From NCBI RefSeq assembly GCF_006345805.1, contig NC_043004.1, positions 95,170,001 to 95,234,000 on the forward strand: 64,000 bases of DNA. Reading direction: 5' to 3'. Of the stretch, positions 25,039-36,373 are shown piece after piece. Under the pieces are notes generated by a model. The model searched no databases. It was given only the letters and a program-made list of their open reading frames with translations, and was not told the DNA's origin. Position 1 is the first letter of the stretch, and every line of letters begins with the position of its first letter. The position numbers and the translations under genes were made by a program. Source of the DNA: Octopus sinensis. Lineage: Eukaryota.

Positions 25039-27230
25039 GTTAGTTAGTTAGTTAGTTAGTTAATTTGGCTCAAAAGCAAATAGCAAGGCCATGTAGGGGG
25101 ACATGGAGTTAAGTACAGGGTGGTGTTCATGTAAAGAGTTCAGGCCACTTGAGGTCCAGGGAGGCTTTGAACAAAGCGGTCGTCGGCATCCTCACCATCT
25201 CGTCTGGCAGCTTGTTCCACGGATCCGCAACCCGGACGGAGAAAGCTCCTCTCCTTCGATTGAGATGAAATCGTCGCAGGTAGAGCTTTTCGGAATGACC
25301 CCGCAGCCGACGCTCCGGAGCAGGAGTGAAGAACAGCTCTTTCGAGAGGTTACGCTTCCCGCTTATGATGTTGTGGGCGAGAATGAGATCACCACGGCGG
25401 CGGCGTTTTTCAAGAGAATAAAGGTCGAGCGTCCTCAGCCTTTCTTCGTAGGACAAATTTTTGAGACCATGAACCATGCGGGTAGCCAGCCTCTGGACTC
25501 TTTCGAGGTGCTGTATGTCTTTGATGAGATAAGGAGAAGAGGCTTGAATCCCATACTCCAATATGGGTCTCACCAGCGTGACATAGAGTGGTAGGAATAT
25601 GGCTGCTGTGAGCATTCCGAATGACCGTCGAATCAAAAACAGAATTCCGCGCGCTTTGTTGGCAGCATGGACGCACTGGGCCGAAGGCGAAAAGGAGGAA
25701 TCCACCAAGATACCCAGGTCCTTTACCTGATCGGTCCTCTCCAGCAGCAGACGACCCGGCTCGAAATCAAGTTGAGTTGCAGGAGTAGAGCCGACAGGCA
25801 GATGACAGCACTTTGACACGTTCAGACACAGGTCCCAATCGTTAGACCACTTCCAAATTTGGTGGAGGCATCGACGAAGATCCTCTATACTACCGCGGGG
25901 AGCGACCAGTTTGATATCGTCGGCAATAGAAGGGTGTGTTGCGTGAGGTCGTCGGGCAAGTCATTTATGAAGACTAAGAACAACAAGGGCCCAAGCACTG
26001 AACCTTGAGGCACGCCACTGCTCGCACTGGAGACGTCGGACCGCGAACCATTAACTTGAACTTGGAAGGAGCGATCTGAGAGGAAGGCACCAACCCATCG
26101 TACAATATCCGGATGGAAACTATATGCTTGAAGCTTGACAAGTAGTAGGCGGTGGTTTACCGAGTCAAAAGCTTTGGCAAAGTCCAATAAAACGATGTCA
26201 ACAGCATCACTATCATCGAGGATGCGCGTCACCAATTCTTCCATTACTAGTAAGTTGGTCAAGCATGATCTCTTCGGCACGAAGCCGTGTTGGGATCAGT
26301 GATCGAGGCTGTATTTAGGAGGTGGAGCATCATACTTTTCTTAAGGATGGTTTCGAACATCTTGCTGATTATTGATGTAAGGGAAACCGGTCGGTAGTTT
26401 AGCGGGTCTTCGCGGCTCCCTTTCTTGAAAATTGGGCAGATTATCGCTGTTCTCCAGTCTGCAGGTATAACACCCGTCGCCAATGACATATTGAATAGTC
26501 GTGTTAAGGGATCGCAGATGACCGGAGCCAACGCTTTGATAACCCGTGGGTGTATGCCGCCAGGGCCGTGACCCTTGTTGACATCGAGGCCTTGAATAAC
26601 ACGTTGACTTGGTCCCGCGTGATGATCAATCGAAGCATTGGAGGTACCGATCTATCAAATGGAGGGGGTTCACGACCATCATCTTGTTTGAAAATAGTTG
26701 AAAAAGCCTCGGCAAATAATTGACTCTGTTGATAAAGGTCCTCAATCGATACGCCTGTTGAGTCTACCAACGTTGCAATCTGGTTGTTCAAGCGGGAATT
26801 CCGCTGGACATGGGCAAAGAAGGTTTTTGGATTGCTACTGGCATTTGCCGCGATTTTGTATTCATAACTGAAGCGTTCTTTCTTTTCAATTTTCACGGCT
26901 CGGTCTCGTTGAGTTTTGTACACCTCAAAAGCTGCAGTCGAATCCAGATTTTTGAATTCAGCCCAAGCAATATCTCTGAGTCGACGTTCTCGTTTAACCT
27001 TCTTCGTCACCCAGGGCTTGTGTTTCTTCCTCTTGGGAAGTCCAACGGGAACTGCCTGGTCAGTCAAACAGATTACATATGCTTTGATGGATGACCATAG
27101 TTCGTCAACTGAGGACAACGTCATCAGGGAACGCCAGTCCAGAAGCGCGGAAGCCTCGGTTAGAATTTCAAGATTAATTGCAGAGTATGTGCATGTGTGC
27201 ATTTTTTCTTTTGGCTCTTGGATTCCTGCT
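25039..27230 (-). mobile_element. 5'-truncated CR1-clade LINE, family 1 (RT, few frameshifts)
   Basis: ORFs 26504-27202, 26259-26531, 25885-26280, 25127-25819: NYRPVSLTS, LDFAKAFDSV, GVPQGSVLGPLLF, FADD after a frameshift, LEKRRRRGDLI, WNKLP; 3' (TAAC)n tail at 25039-25062. Confidence 0.95.
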
Positions 27231-27374
27231 TGTAAAAATGACTAATTTAATTTGTAATTTTTATATAAACTGTCTTAATCGCTTACATTATGTCTCTGTA
27301 TAGGTGTCTGTCTGTCTGTGTCTACGTGAGTATGTGTGTACGTGAATATCTATGCGTGTGTATATATATATATA

Positions 27375-27488
27375 TGGCCTGCTCGCTTAGCCAGCGGGGT
27401 GGCGTAATTCGAAGGCTGAAACAATGCGAACGCATTGTGACCAGCGATGTGTAGCAACATCTGATGGTCTGGTCGGTCACGTGATACG

Positions 27489-27490
<2 letters not shown>
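27375..27490 (+). mobile_element. 3' module of the SINE family C variant
   Basis: Matches 53935-54040 (CCTGCTCGCTTAGCCAG...CATTGTGACCAGCGATGTGTAGCAACATCTG). Confidence 0.8.
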
Positions 27491-27518
<28 letters not shown>

Positions 27519-27527
<9 letters not shown>

Positions 27528-27822
27528 TAAAAATATAATTATAATTATGGGTACTGGCATGACAGCACCTATACGCTAGAAGTAGACGTCAAATACTTAC
27601 AATCCACTCTAAATTTGTTCTCTATTTATAACTCAAGGTCGAATGCAAAGAAATGAACCAGAAAAATTTACAAATTTTGGATAATCCTATATCTTAATAT
27701 TTCATGCTCTGTAATGAAGATTATTTTGCAATCTTCAGTAGAGATAAACCGACAATATATAAGTGTATAGGGGCTGACATTCGAGTGCCCTTAAATATAA
27801 TTATATTTTTATAATTATATAC
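27519..27822. mobile_element. Degenerate MITE with ~60-70-bp imperfect TIRs
   Basis: ATAATTATAAAATATAATT..GGGTACTGGCATGACAGCACCTATAC vs reverse complement of GTATAGGGGCTGACATTCGAGTGCCC..TATTTTTATAATTAT. Confidence 0.55.
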
Positions 27823-27917
27823 TTAAAATTTAATCTTACCGATATGATCGTTTTTTATACGCTAGTCACTGATATAATTATGTTAATGAGTATACCCTCA
27901 ATTTATAGATGTGTTGT

Positions 27918-27956
<39 letters not shown>

Positions 27957-28329
27957 TGTGTGTGCCTGAGTGTACATTTGAATTTCTGCATAGTTGTATG
28001 TGTATATTCATATATATGCATGTATAAATATATGTATATAAATAAATGCTTATATGTACGTATATAATACGTAGGCTGTAATATTGGCAAAGAAACAACA
28101 CCTGTTACTAGTATAATATTAACATTGTCTTGGTCCTTCAGGGAATACAGAATATAACATCGCTTGCTACCACATGTATACAGTGATAATTCATATTCAA
28201 TTACAAAGCATAGAACAACTGCATTTACATGAGATTTATGGCACAAGCAAGGTAAATATCAGTATAACCACCAATACAGCTGTTTATTAAACCATTCCAT
28301 AAAGACGATTAAAGGTATTAGACATAATA

Positions 28330-28530
28330 AGGCGGCGGGCTGGCAGAAACGTCTGGCGCTACGTTCTGAGTTCAAATTCCGCCGAGATCGACTTTACCTT
28401 TCATCCTTTCGGGATCGATAAATTAAGTACCAGTTACGCACTGCGGTCGATGTAATCGACTTAATCCGTTTGTCTGTCCTTGTTTGTCCCTTCTATGTTT
28501 AACCTCTTGTGGGTAGTAAAGAAATAGGTA
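28330..28530 (+). mobile_element. SINE family B with internal deletion
   Basis: Head, B box GAGTTCAAATTCC, tail GTAGTAAAGAAATAGGTAT. Confidence 0.85.
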
Positions 28531-28589
28531 TTAGATATAATAATAACTACTATAATAATAACAGTAATTTTATTATTATTATTATTATT

Positions 28590-28963
28590 CAGTAGTTTTA
28601 TTTTTTATAGCGTGCTTTCACTTCACTACCGAGCGCAGCTCTGTGTGCCTTGGGTATGTGCTGTGATTTGTTGTGATGCTCTGATGGTTATTGTATGGAA
28701 AGTGTTCTGCGTAGGATGTGTGCAGTGCCTAGTAGTGCAATTTTCTGTATGTTATATGTGTCTGTAAGTCCTGGTGTTTTTGTTATGTATTTGTCTGAAT
28801 ATTTTTTATCATGCCTAATGCACCTACTATGATAGGAATTGTTTCTGTTTTCAGATTCCACATTCTAGTTACCTCTATTTCCAGGTCTTTGTATTTTGAG
28901 AGTTTCTCCATTTCTTTTAGAGACACGTTGTCATCTGCCGGTATTGATACATCAATTAGAAAG

Positions 28964-29003
<40 letters not shown>

Positions 29004-29396
29004 TATTATTATTATTATTATTCAGTAGTTTTATTTTTTATAGCGTGCTTTCACTTCACTACCGAGCGCAGCTCTGTGTGCCTTGGGTATGTGCTGTGAT
29101 TTGTTGTGATGCTCTGATGGTTATTGTATGGAAAGTGTTCTGCGTAGGATGTGTGCAGTGCCTAGTAGTGCAATTTTCTGTATGTTATATGTGTCTGTAA
29201 GTCCTGGTGTTTTTGTTATGTATTTGTCTGAATATTTTTTATCATGCCTAATGCACCTACTATGATAGGAATTGTTTCTGTTTTCAGATTCCACATTCTA
29301 GTTACCTCTATTTCCAGGTCTTTGTATTTTGAGAGTTTCTCCATTTCTTTTAGAGACACGTTGTCATCTGCCGGTATTGATACATCAATTAGAAAG

Positions 29397-29400
<4 letters not shown>
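28590..29400 (-). mobile_element. Tandem duplicate of an R4/Dong subfamily A 3' copy (28590-28966 and 29023-29400)
   Basis: Both copies truncate at AGAAAGCATT and share private variants (GTGTCTGTAAG, CCGGTATTGATAC). Confidence 0.92.
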
Positions 29401-29429
<29 letters not shown>

Positions 29430-29611
29430 GCGAATATTTACATTATATAATGATTCTAATTTTGACACAAAGACTGAAATGTTGAGGGGGAATGCTAATC
29501 GATTACATCGACCCCATTGCTCAACTGGCAATTATTTTATCAATCTAGAAAGGATGAAAGGCAAAGTCGACCTCGGCAGCTTTAAATTGCAAGAATGTGG
29601 ACAATGAGGGG

Positions 29612-29897
29612 AGCATATGTTACCCCAGTAGGGAGCACTAACAACCAATCTGAGAAATATGTCGGGGAAACTGGAATTCACATGAAGGCAGAGCAAGCCC
29701 CTAAAACTGCTCTATTGAGAGCAGCCGGGATTTTGAGATTGGCACTTGGGTGTTGAGTCTCTTCTACGACAGTTAACATCCAAGTACCAAAGCTTATCGT
29801 TTGCGGAAAGAGACCCCGTGAGACCTCTGACAACAGGTGCTTTCCGCCCTCACAGAATCAAACAGAGCAAGTATGATCGAGAACTGTGAGAGTAAAA
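29612..29897 (+). mobile_element. R4/Dong-like 3' end, third subfamily
   Basis: EKYVGETGIHMKAEQAPKTALLRAAGILRLALGC* resembles the QK.ALLGTA.ILR terminus; 3' UTR runs into (GAT)n/(AAT)n. Confidence 0.7.
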
Positions 29898-29979
29898 GGA
29901 TGATGATGGTGATGATGATGATGATGATGATGATAATGATAATGATAAAGATAATAATAATAATAATAATGATAATAAT

Positions 29980-30372
29980 TGAGCATGTCCCTTAGTGGCT
30001 GACGATATGTGCATCTCTGATCACGAGCAGAAGTAGTGGGGGAGCATCATAGCCATGTTTTGAGAGGGATTCTTTGGGGTTTGAATAGTTCACCTCTGGA
30101 AACATGGGTGGTTCTTTCAACATCCTTAAACAACCCTTATTCAGGGACCGTTTGAACGGGATGGGCTACTCAACCTGAAGAAAATTCTAACTGGGCCCCA
30201 CCTGCAAGGTCATGTGTTGTTTATCTTGATATGAGATCACCATGTCGCGCACATATGGTTGTGATGCATGTGCCTGGTGTACCTTTATCAGACGGGTAGT
30301 CATGATGGGTATATTGGGCTTCGTATATTTTACCCCAGTGTCACTTTGATGGCATGAACTGCTCTCTCACTC
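29980..30372 (+). mobile_element. ORF-less (AAT)n-embedded element, 5'-truncated copy
   Basis: Homologous to 59753-60140 and 34989-35082; ends CTCTCTCACTC-AATAATAAT. Confidence 0.8.
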
Positions 30373-30449
<77 letters not shown>

Positions 30450-30450
<1 letters not shown>

Positions 30451-31358
30451 GCAAAGAAGACCTGCTACAGTATGCTGCTAGTGCAGAAGGAGTTAGCTAA
30501 AATGGACTTGAGAGTGCTCGTGAATTCCGAACAAGAACAGCCAGCGACAGAGAAGAGAGAAGCCCTACTCCGTATGGAATTACATGGTCAGTTTCACCAT
30601 GAAACCAAAAAATGAAAAGACCAGGAAGCATAAAGGAGGTGGCTCAATAATGGTGACCTAAAAAGGAATACTGAAAGCCTAATCATCGCGGGCCAGGCAT
30701 TGAATACGAAGTCAGTGAAAAAGAATATATACTACAGAAGTACATCGGATCTGCAGAATGTGTAGGAAGAGGGTCGAAAGCGTGATTCACATTGTTAGTG
30801 CTTGTGAAAGTCTTGCGCAGAAAGCGTACAAGCGTAGACATGACAATGTAACCCAAAACCTCCACTGGCTACTATGCCGTAAGTATAGATATGAGCTTAC
30901 GGGTACTTGGTATCATCATACACCGGAAAGTTAACGGGCGAAAAGGGGAAAGCAAAAATCCTCAAGGACTTTGATTTCCAGACACACAAAGTGTTAGAGC
31001 AATGAAGGCCGGGTATAGTAACCTTTAGGAGGGACAAACAAGAATGCCAAATGGAGACCTGAGAATTGAGATCGCTAAGATGTGGCATCTACGAGAGTCA
31101 AATATAAAGGTTATCCCTCTTGTCATCGGAGCATTGTTTTCAATACCACCCAATCTGAAAAAAATATCTGAAAACCTTAGAAATACACTACAATTTAGAT
31201 GTTTTGCAGAAGTGGGCGTTACTTGGAACTGCACGCATATTGCATTAAGAACTGTCTGTCTGAAGTCCTTGTTTTGACTTGCCAAACAGTGCAAACCCCC
31301 AGGAGACAAAATATCTTCAATCAACAACCTCAAGATATTGTATACTATGCGACGTATA
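30450..31358 (+). mobile_element. R4/Dong-like 3' fragment, fifth subfamily (CCHC + RLE), degenerate
   Basis: LHGQF, GDLKRNTESLIIA, C.MC...ESV.HIVSAC, KRRHDNV..LHWLLCRKY, IEIAKMWHL..IPLVIGAL; bounded by (AAT)n. Confidence 0.85.
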
Positions 31359-31373
31359 TAATAATAATAATAA

Positions 31374-31446
<73 letters not shown>

Positions 31447-31448
<2 letters not shown>

Positions 31449-32260
31449 GGAATTGTTGCTGACAATTACAGACCAATTTCTTGTCTTCCATTAATGTGGA
31501 AGTTATTGTCAGGAATAAATGCAGAAGAACTATTACCAACGGAACAAAAAGATTGTAGGAGGAGGTGCAGATGTATCAAAGACCAATTATTGATAGACAA
31601 AATGGTAATGCAATATTGTAAACGAAGGAGAACAATTTTGGGAATGGTCTGTATTGACTATCGCAAAGCTTATGAGATGAATCCACATTCATGGGTCATT
31701 CAATGCTTAGTCTGTCTGGAACTGCAAGGAATGTAACATGTTTTCTGAAGGGAAGTATGGTGATGTGGTAAACTGAGTTGATACTCTACGGAAAAAGCTT
31801 GGGCACCCTGGGTATCAGAAGAGGGATTTTCCAGGGTGATAGCTTATTTCCGTTGCTTTTTGTTCTCCGAATGATCCCTCTGACCTAGGTACTTAGAAAA
31901 ATGAACCTGGGATATCAGCTAAAGGGAAAATCTCAAACAATCAACCACTTCATGAATGATTTGAAGCAGTACGGCAAGGATGAGTTACATGCGAGTTCTT
32001 TGATGAACACGGATCCCAGATTTAGTACTGATATTAGAATGGAATTCGTATTCAAGAAGTGTGGTATAATGTACCTGAAAGAGGCAAAGTACAGACACTA
32101 GCAGGGATAGAATTACACAATAGAGAACTTATCAAACAAACTGAAAAGGAAGGCTACAAACACCTTAGCATACTAGAGTTCAATGAGAGAATGGAGAAGG
32201 AGATGAACGAACAATTAAGGATGGAATATTTCCGAAGACTAAGATTGGTGTTGAGCTCCC
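31447..32260 (+). mobile_element. R4/Dong-like RT-domain fragment
   Basis: [19 protein letters not shown]..., [44 protein letters not shown] (degenerate YMDD), EYFRRLRLVL. Confidence 0.88.
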
Positions 32261-32781
32261 AAATATTTAGTGGTAGAAATGACCTAAGTCGGTATGGTAC
32301 CAAGTAACGAGTTGAGTGTTCAGCAAGTCATATCATGACATGAGCATAATAAAAATTGCCAATTCCAATACATTCAGTTCTCAATGCTTCTCAGTGCTTT
32401 TGTATTCCATCATGCCCGAGAATTCCTTTATCTCTTGTGTCTTTAACACCATTTACCTTCTTTATGAATATTTACGGGATAAAAATATCAATCAACCCTC
32501 GTTTGATTTGAACTTAAGAATAGAGGATCTAAAACCTGTTAGCTTTAAAATCTCAACCCCGGTATTTTTAACTCTGTCAACGTGACCATTATAAGGAATG
32601 CTTTCATTCAACTGTAAAATATTTTCTCCGACAATTCATGCAAAAACACGAAAATTTGCAGAGCTTTCCAACCCATACTAGCAGAAAAAGATAAAAGGAA
32701 TGCGAAATGTCTTATTTCATTTGATCAACATCCAGCATTCACACACATACGCACACACAAGCAAGACCATATCTTTGCACA

Positions 32782-32855
<74 letters not shown>

Positions 32856-33121
32856 TGTATGTATGTATGTACGTGTCCACAAATGGTTCCAGATATGAAC
32901 TGGGAGAGAATGAACATTGCCAACTGAACTGGTGGATGGTTATGTTGCTATTGAAATTCTAGCCTTCCTTTATATGGCCATAAAAATATGGCAGGATCTG
33001 CCTCTACAAGCTTTACTGTTAACGCTTCAAGTCCACAAATATTTTGGCACAGATCTGCATAAACTTTAGAATAGATAATATAACCTATCCAAATAGAATA
33101 GGGATTGTCAGGCAATCGCAG

Positions 33122-33169
<48 letters not shown>

Positions 33170-33907
33170 TATTATTATTATTATTCATCGTCGTCGTTGT
33201 TGCCGTTGTTGTTGTTGTTGTTGTTGTTATTGTCACAAATAAAGTAAAAATTATTATTATCATTATTTTTTCTAATATTCTTATCATCGTTGGCAAACAA
33301 ACCCTTCTCAGCCACTGGAATATTGAATAATAAAATGTCCTGAACCAAAATCAAACAAAACGCAGGAAAAGGGAATAGAAATAAAAACAAACTATAACAG
33401 AAAAGGAACAAAACCTATAATACACAACTAAAGTAAAAAGGAGGATTGCTGACCATTTGTAAACATTTCTCCAAGACTCCAGGACTCTGTATCTCTGTCT
33501 TTATTGATTAACTATTTAAAGAAAGCCATGTGAACTGAATCATATTACTACTGTTGTTGTTCTTGCTGCTGCTTTTCTTGTTGTTCTTGTTGTCGTCGTG
33601 TATTTCCATTCTGCTGCGCTTGGATGTACCTCTCACACAAAAATATCTGGTCGAAGAAAATTGTCCAATCTAAATTCTAATTGTGGCCATCACATTTTTA
33701 GCATAGCGTAGGGTGGGGGGCGAGCATACTGTCCGTTGGTTCACAGTACGAAATGTTCGTCCTCTTCACTTTAAGTTTAATGGGGTTGGGCTGCTTCTGC
33801 TGAGAGAAGGTAGGTTGACCACGTAGAATATCTAGCCCTTGCTCGCTTTCATTGTTGTTTTGGGTGCATCAGAAGTTCCATTTTGAATTGCGGTATCTTA
33901 TAAAATT

Positions 33908-34145
33908 AAGGCGGCGAGCTGGCAGAAGCGTTAGCACGCCGGGCGAAATGCTTTGCAGTATTTCGTCTGCCGTTACGTTCTGAGTTCAAATTCCTCCGAG
34001 GTCGACTTTGCCTTTCATCCTTTCGGGGTCGATAAATTAAGCACCAGTTACGCACTGGGGTCGATATAATCGACTTAATACCTATGTCTGTCCTTGTTTG
34101 TCCCCTCTGTGTTTAGCCCCTTGTGGGTAATAAAGAAATAGGTAT
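33908..34145 (+). mobile_element. SINE family B, full length
   Basis: 17-bp duplication GGTATCTTATAAAATTA at 33892-33908 and 34141-34157. Confidence 0.92.
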
Positions 34146-34199
34146 CTTATAAAATTATTTATTTGGCATTTTGAATCAGAGCCATTCCTTTCTTGTGAT

Positions 34200-34834
34200 G
34201 GAATATGCTAACCTAAGGACTTCTTAGTTTGCCGCTAACATCTCCGATACTTATGTCACTTTGTTCGACTTCTGTATCACTAATGATAGCCCTAATATCT
34301 CAGCACATTTACATGCTAATCCTTCGATAGCTACACTTATTTCTTCATCTCCGACAGGGCATTCATAATCAGTTCTTGATCCTACTTCTGAGTCATCGAC
34401 TACTACTTTATTTATTGCATAAATTGTATAAATTTTTGCACATGAGGTAAGTCGGTCGTCTAGGTGATTGCTTCTGTGAGCATCTATTCCACATTCGGAA
34501 TAACATGCAAACTTTGCCCAAATCCGAAGTTAGACATTTTAACTAACCACCTCAATCTTTGAGGCATCGCTCAGTTCGTGGAATCACCTTTTATCCTCTG
34601 CAATCATACCTGGTTTCCTTGCTTCAAAGTTATGGTCAGTTTTTTTTATTGAGAAATGTTATAAATTCTTCTAATGATTCAATTTCACACCAACTGACAT
34701 GTGTTCATATCTTATCTCTATCACTTTAAACCTATAAACTCGGCTAACATTCCAATGCTCTCTTTTACCGGCAGTCACGCCTGTGCTTATACTCTTTTTA
34801 TATTAACTTGCTGTATACATTTAAATGGCGGTTA
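34200..34834 (-). mobile_element. Possible piggyBac-like 5' end and acidic N-terminal remnant
   Basis: Minus strand begins TTAA-CCGCC; broken acidic frame AINKVVVDDSEVGSRTDYECPVGDEE...SDTEVEQSDISIGD. No catalytic domain is visible. Confidence 0.25.
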
Positions 34835-35179
34835 ATATTTTCATGTCCTTCTCTACACATTCTTCATTTGCTGTCTTGTTGAGTTTCCTCAATCTGTGTC
34901 TCTTTCAAGTTCCTTTTAATGGGTTTTGTCCAAGCGGCTATAATTAATGATTCAGTTTCTCTGTTGTTGTTGTTTTTATTGTTCAGTGAGAGACCAGTGT
35001 ATGTCATCAAAGTGACACTGGGATACAAATATAGAAAACCCAATACACCCGCCATGACTACCCGTCTGATAAGGGTACACCGCTCTTATTTAGTAAGCCT
35101 CGTTAGTAGTTTAGTTTCATTTTAATGCTATCTTCCCACTGAAACTTCTTGGTATTTGAAACTATTATTAGCTTTAAAT

Positions 35180-35180
35180 T

Positions 35181-35242
<62 letters not shown>

Positions 35243-35313
35243 GATTATTATTATTATTATTATCATTATTATTATTATTATCATTATTATTATTATCATT
35301 ATTATTATCATCA

Positions 35314-35368
<55 letters not shown>

Positions 35369-35410
35369 TATTATTACTATTGTTATTACTATTATTATTA
35401 TTATTATTAC

Positions 35411-35466
<56 letters not shown>

Positions 35467-35891
35467 TATTATTATTATCATTATTATTACTATTACTGAT
35501 GCCTTCTGGAACTCACACAATACGCTGCCAATCAGAATAACATTCCATGTTTCATTTCAAAATTGGCATGGAGCCTAGTCAAAATAAATTATTGTCAGAC
35601 TCGTTATAAACAAAATAAACATCATTGATACATTAGCTATCATCAGCACCATTATCATCATCATCATTATCATCATCGTCATCACAATCCTAAGGAGTAG
35701 AAGAAGGAAAATTTTGTTAATATGATTATTTGGTGTGTATTTTGCCTGCTCTAATTTTATAAAAATTATCTATAATTTTTATATATTTTCCATTTTTTTA
35801 TTTCACCAGTTTAGTTACCTACCTTCTTTTGGAGCATTCTATAATGGTGTATGCACATTTAAACCTTTATATGTGTGTGTATATATTTGTG

Positions 35892-35965
<74 letters not shown>

Positions 35966-36104
35966 ATACACACACACATATATATATATATATGTATGTA
36001 TGTATGTATGCATGTATGTATGTATGTATGCATGTATGTATGTATGTGTGTCTTACATGTATATGTATTTGTATATATGACATATATATATATATATATA
36101 TATC

Positions 36105-36170
<66 letters not shown>

Positions 36171-36370
36171 TATATATATATGTATGTATGTATGCATGTA
36201 TGTATGTAGCATGTATGTATGTAGCATGTATGTATGTATGTGTGTCTTACATGTATATGTATTTGTATATATGACATATATATATATATATATCTATATA
36301 TATATATATAATATATATATACACATGTGTATACATTCTTAGATACATACATACACACACACACACATAT
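35180..36370. repeat. (TAT)n tract and compound (TA)n/(TATG)n tract
   Basis: Direct reading; ~55-bp internal duplication at 36030-36090 and 36230-36280. Confidence 0.9.
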
Positions 36371-36373
36371 ATA

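Noticed and set aside
25103-25594. Plus-strand ORFs over LINEs and mariner (also 26810-27245, 37296-37628, 48705-49441)
   Set aside because: Antisense shadows of RT or transposase coding sequence.
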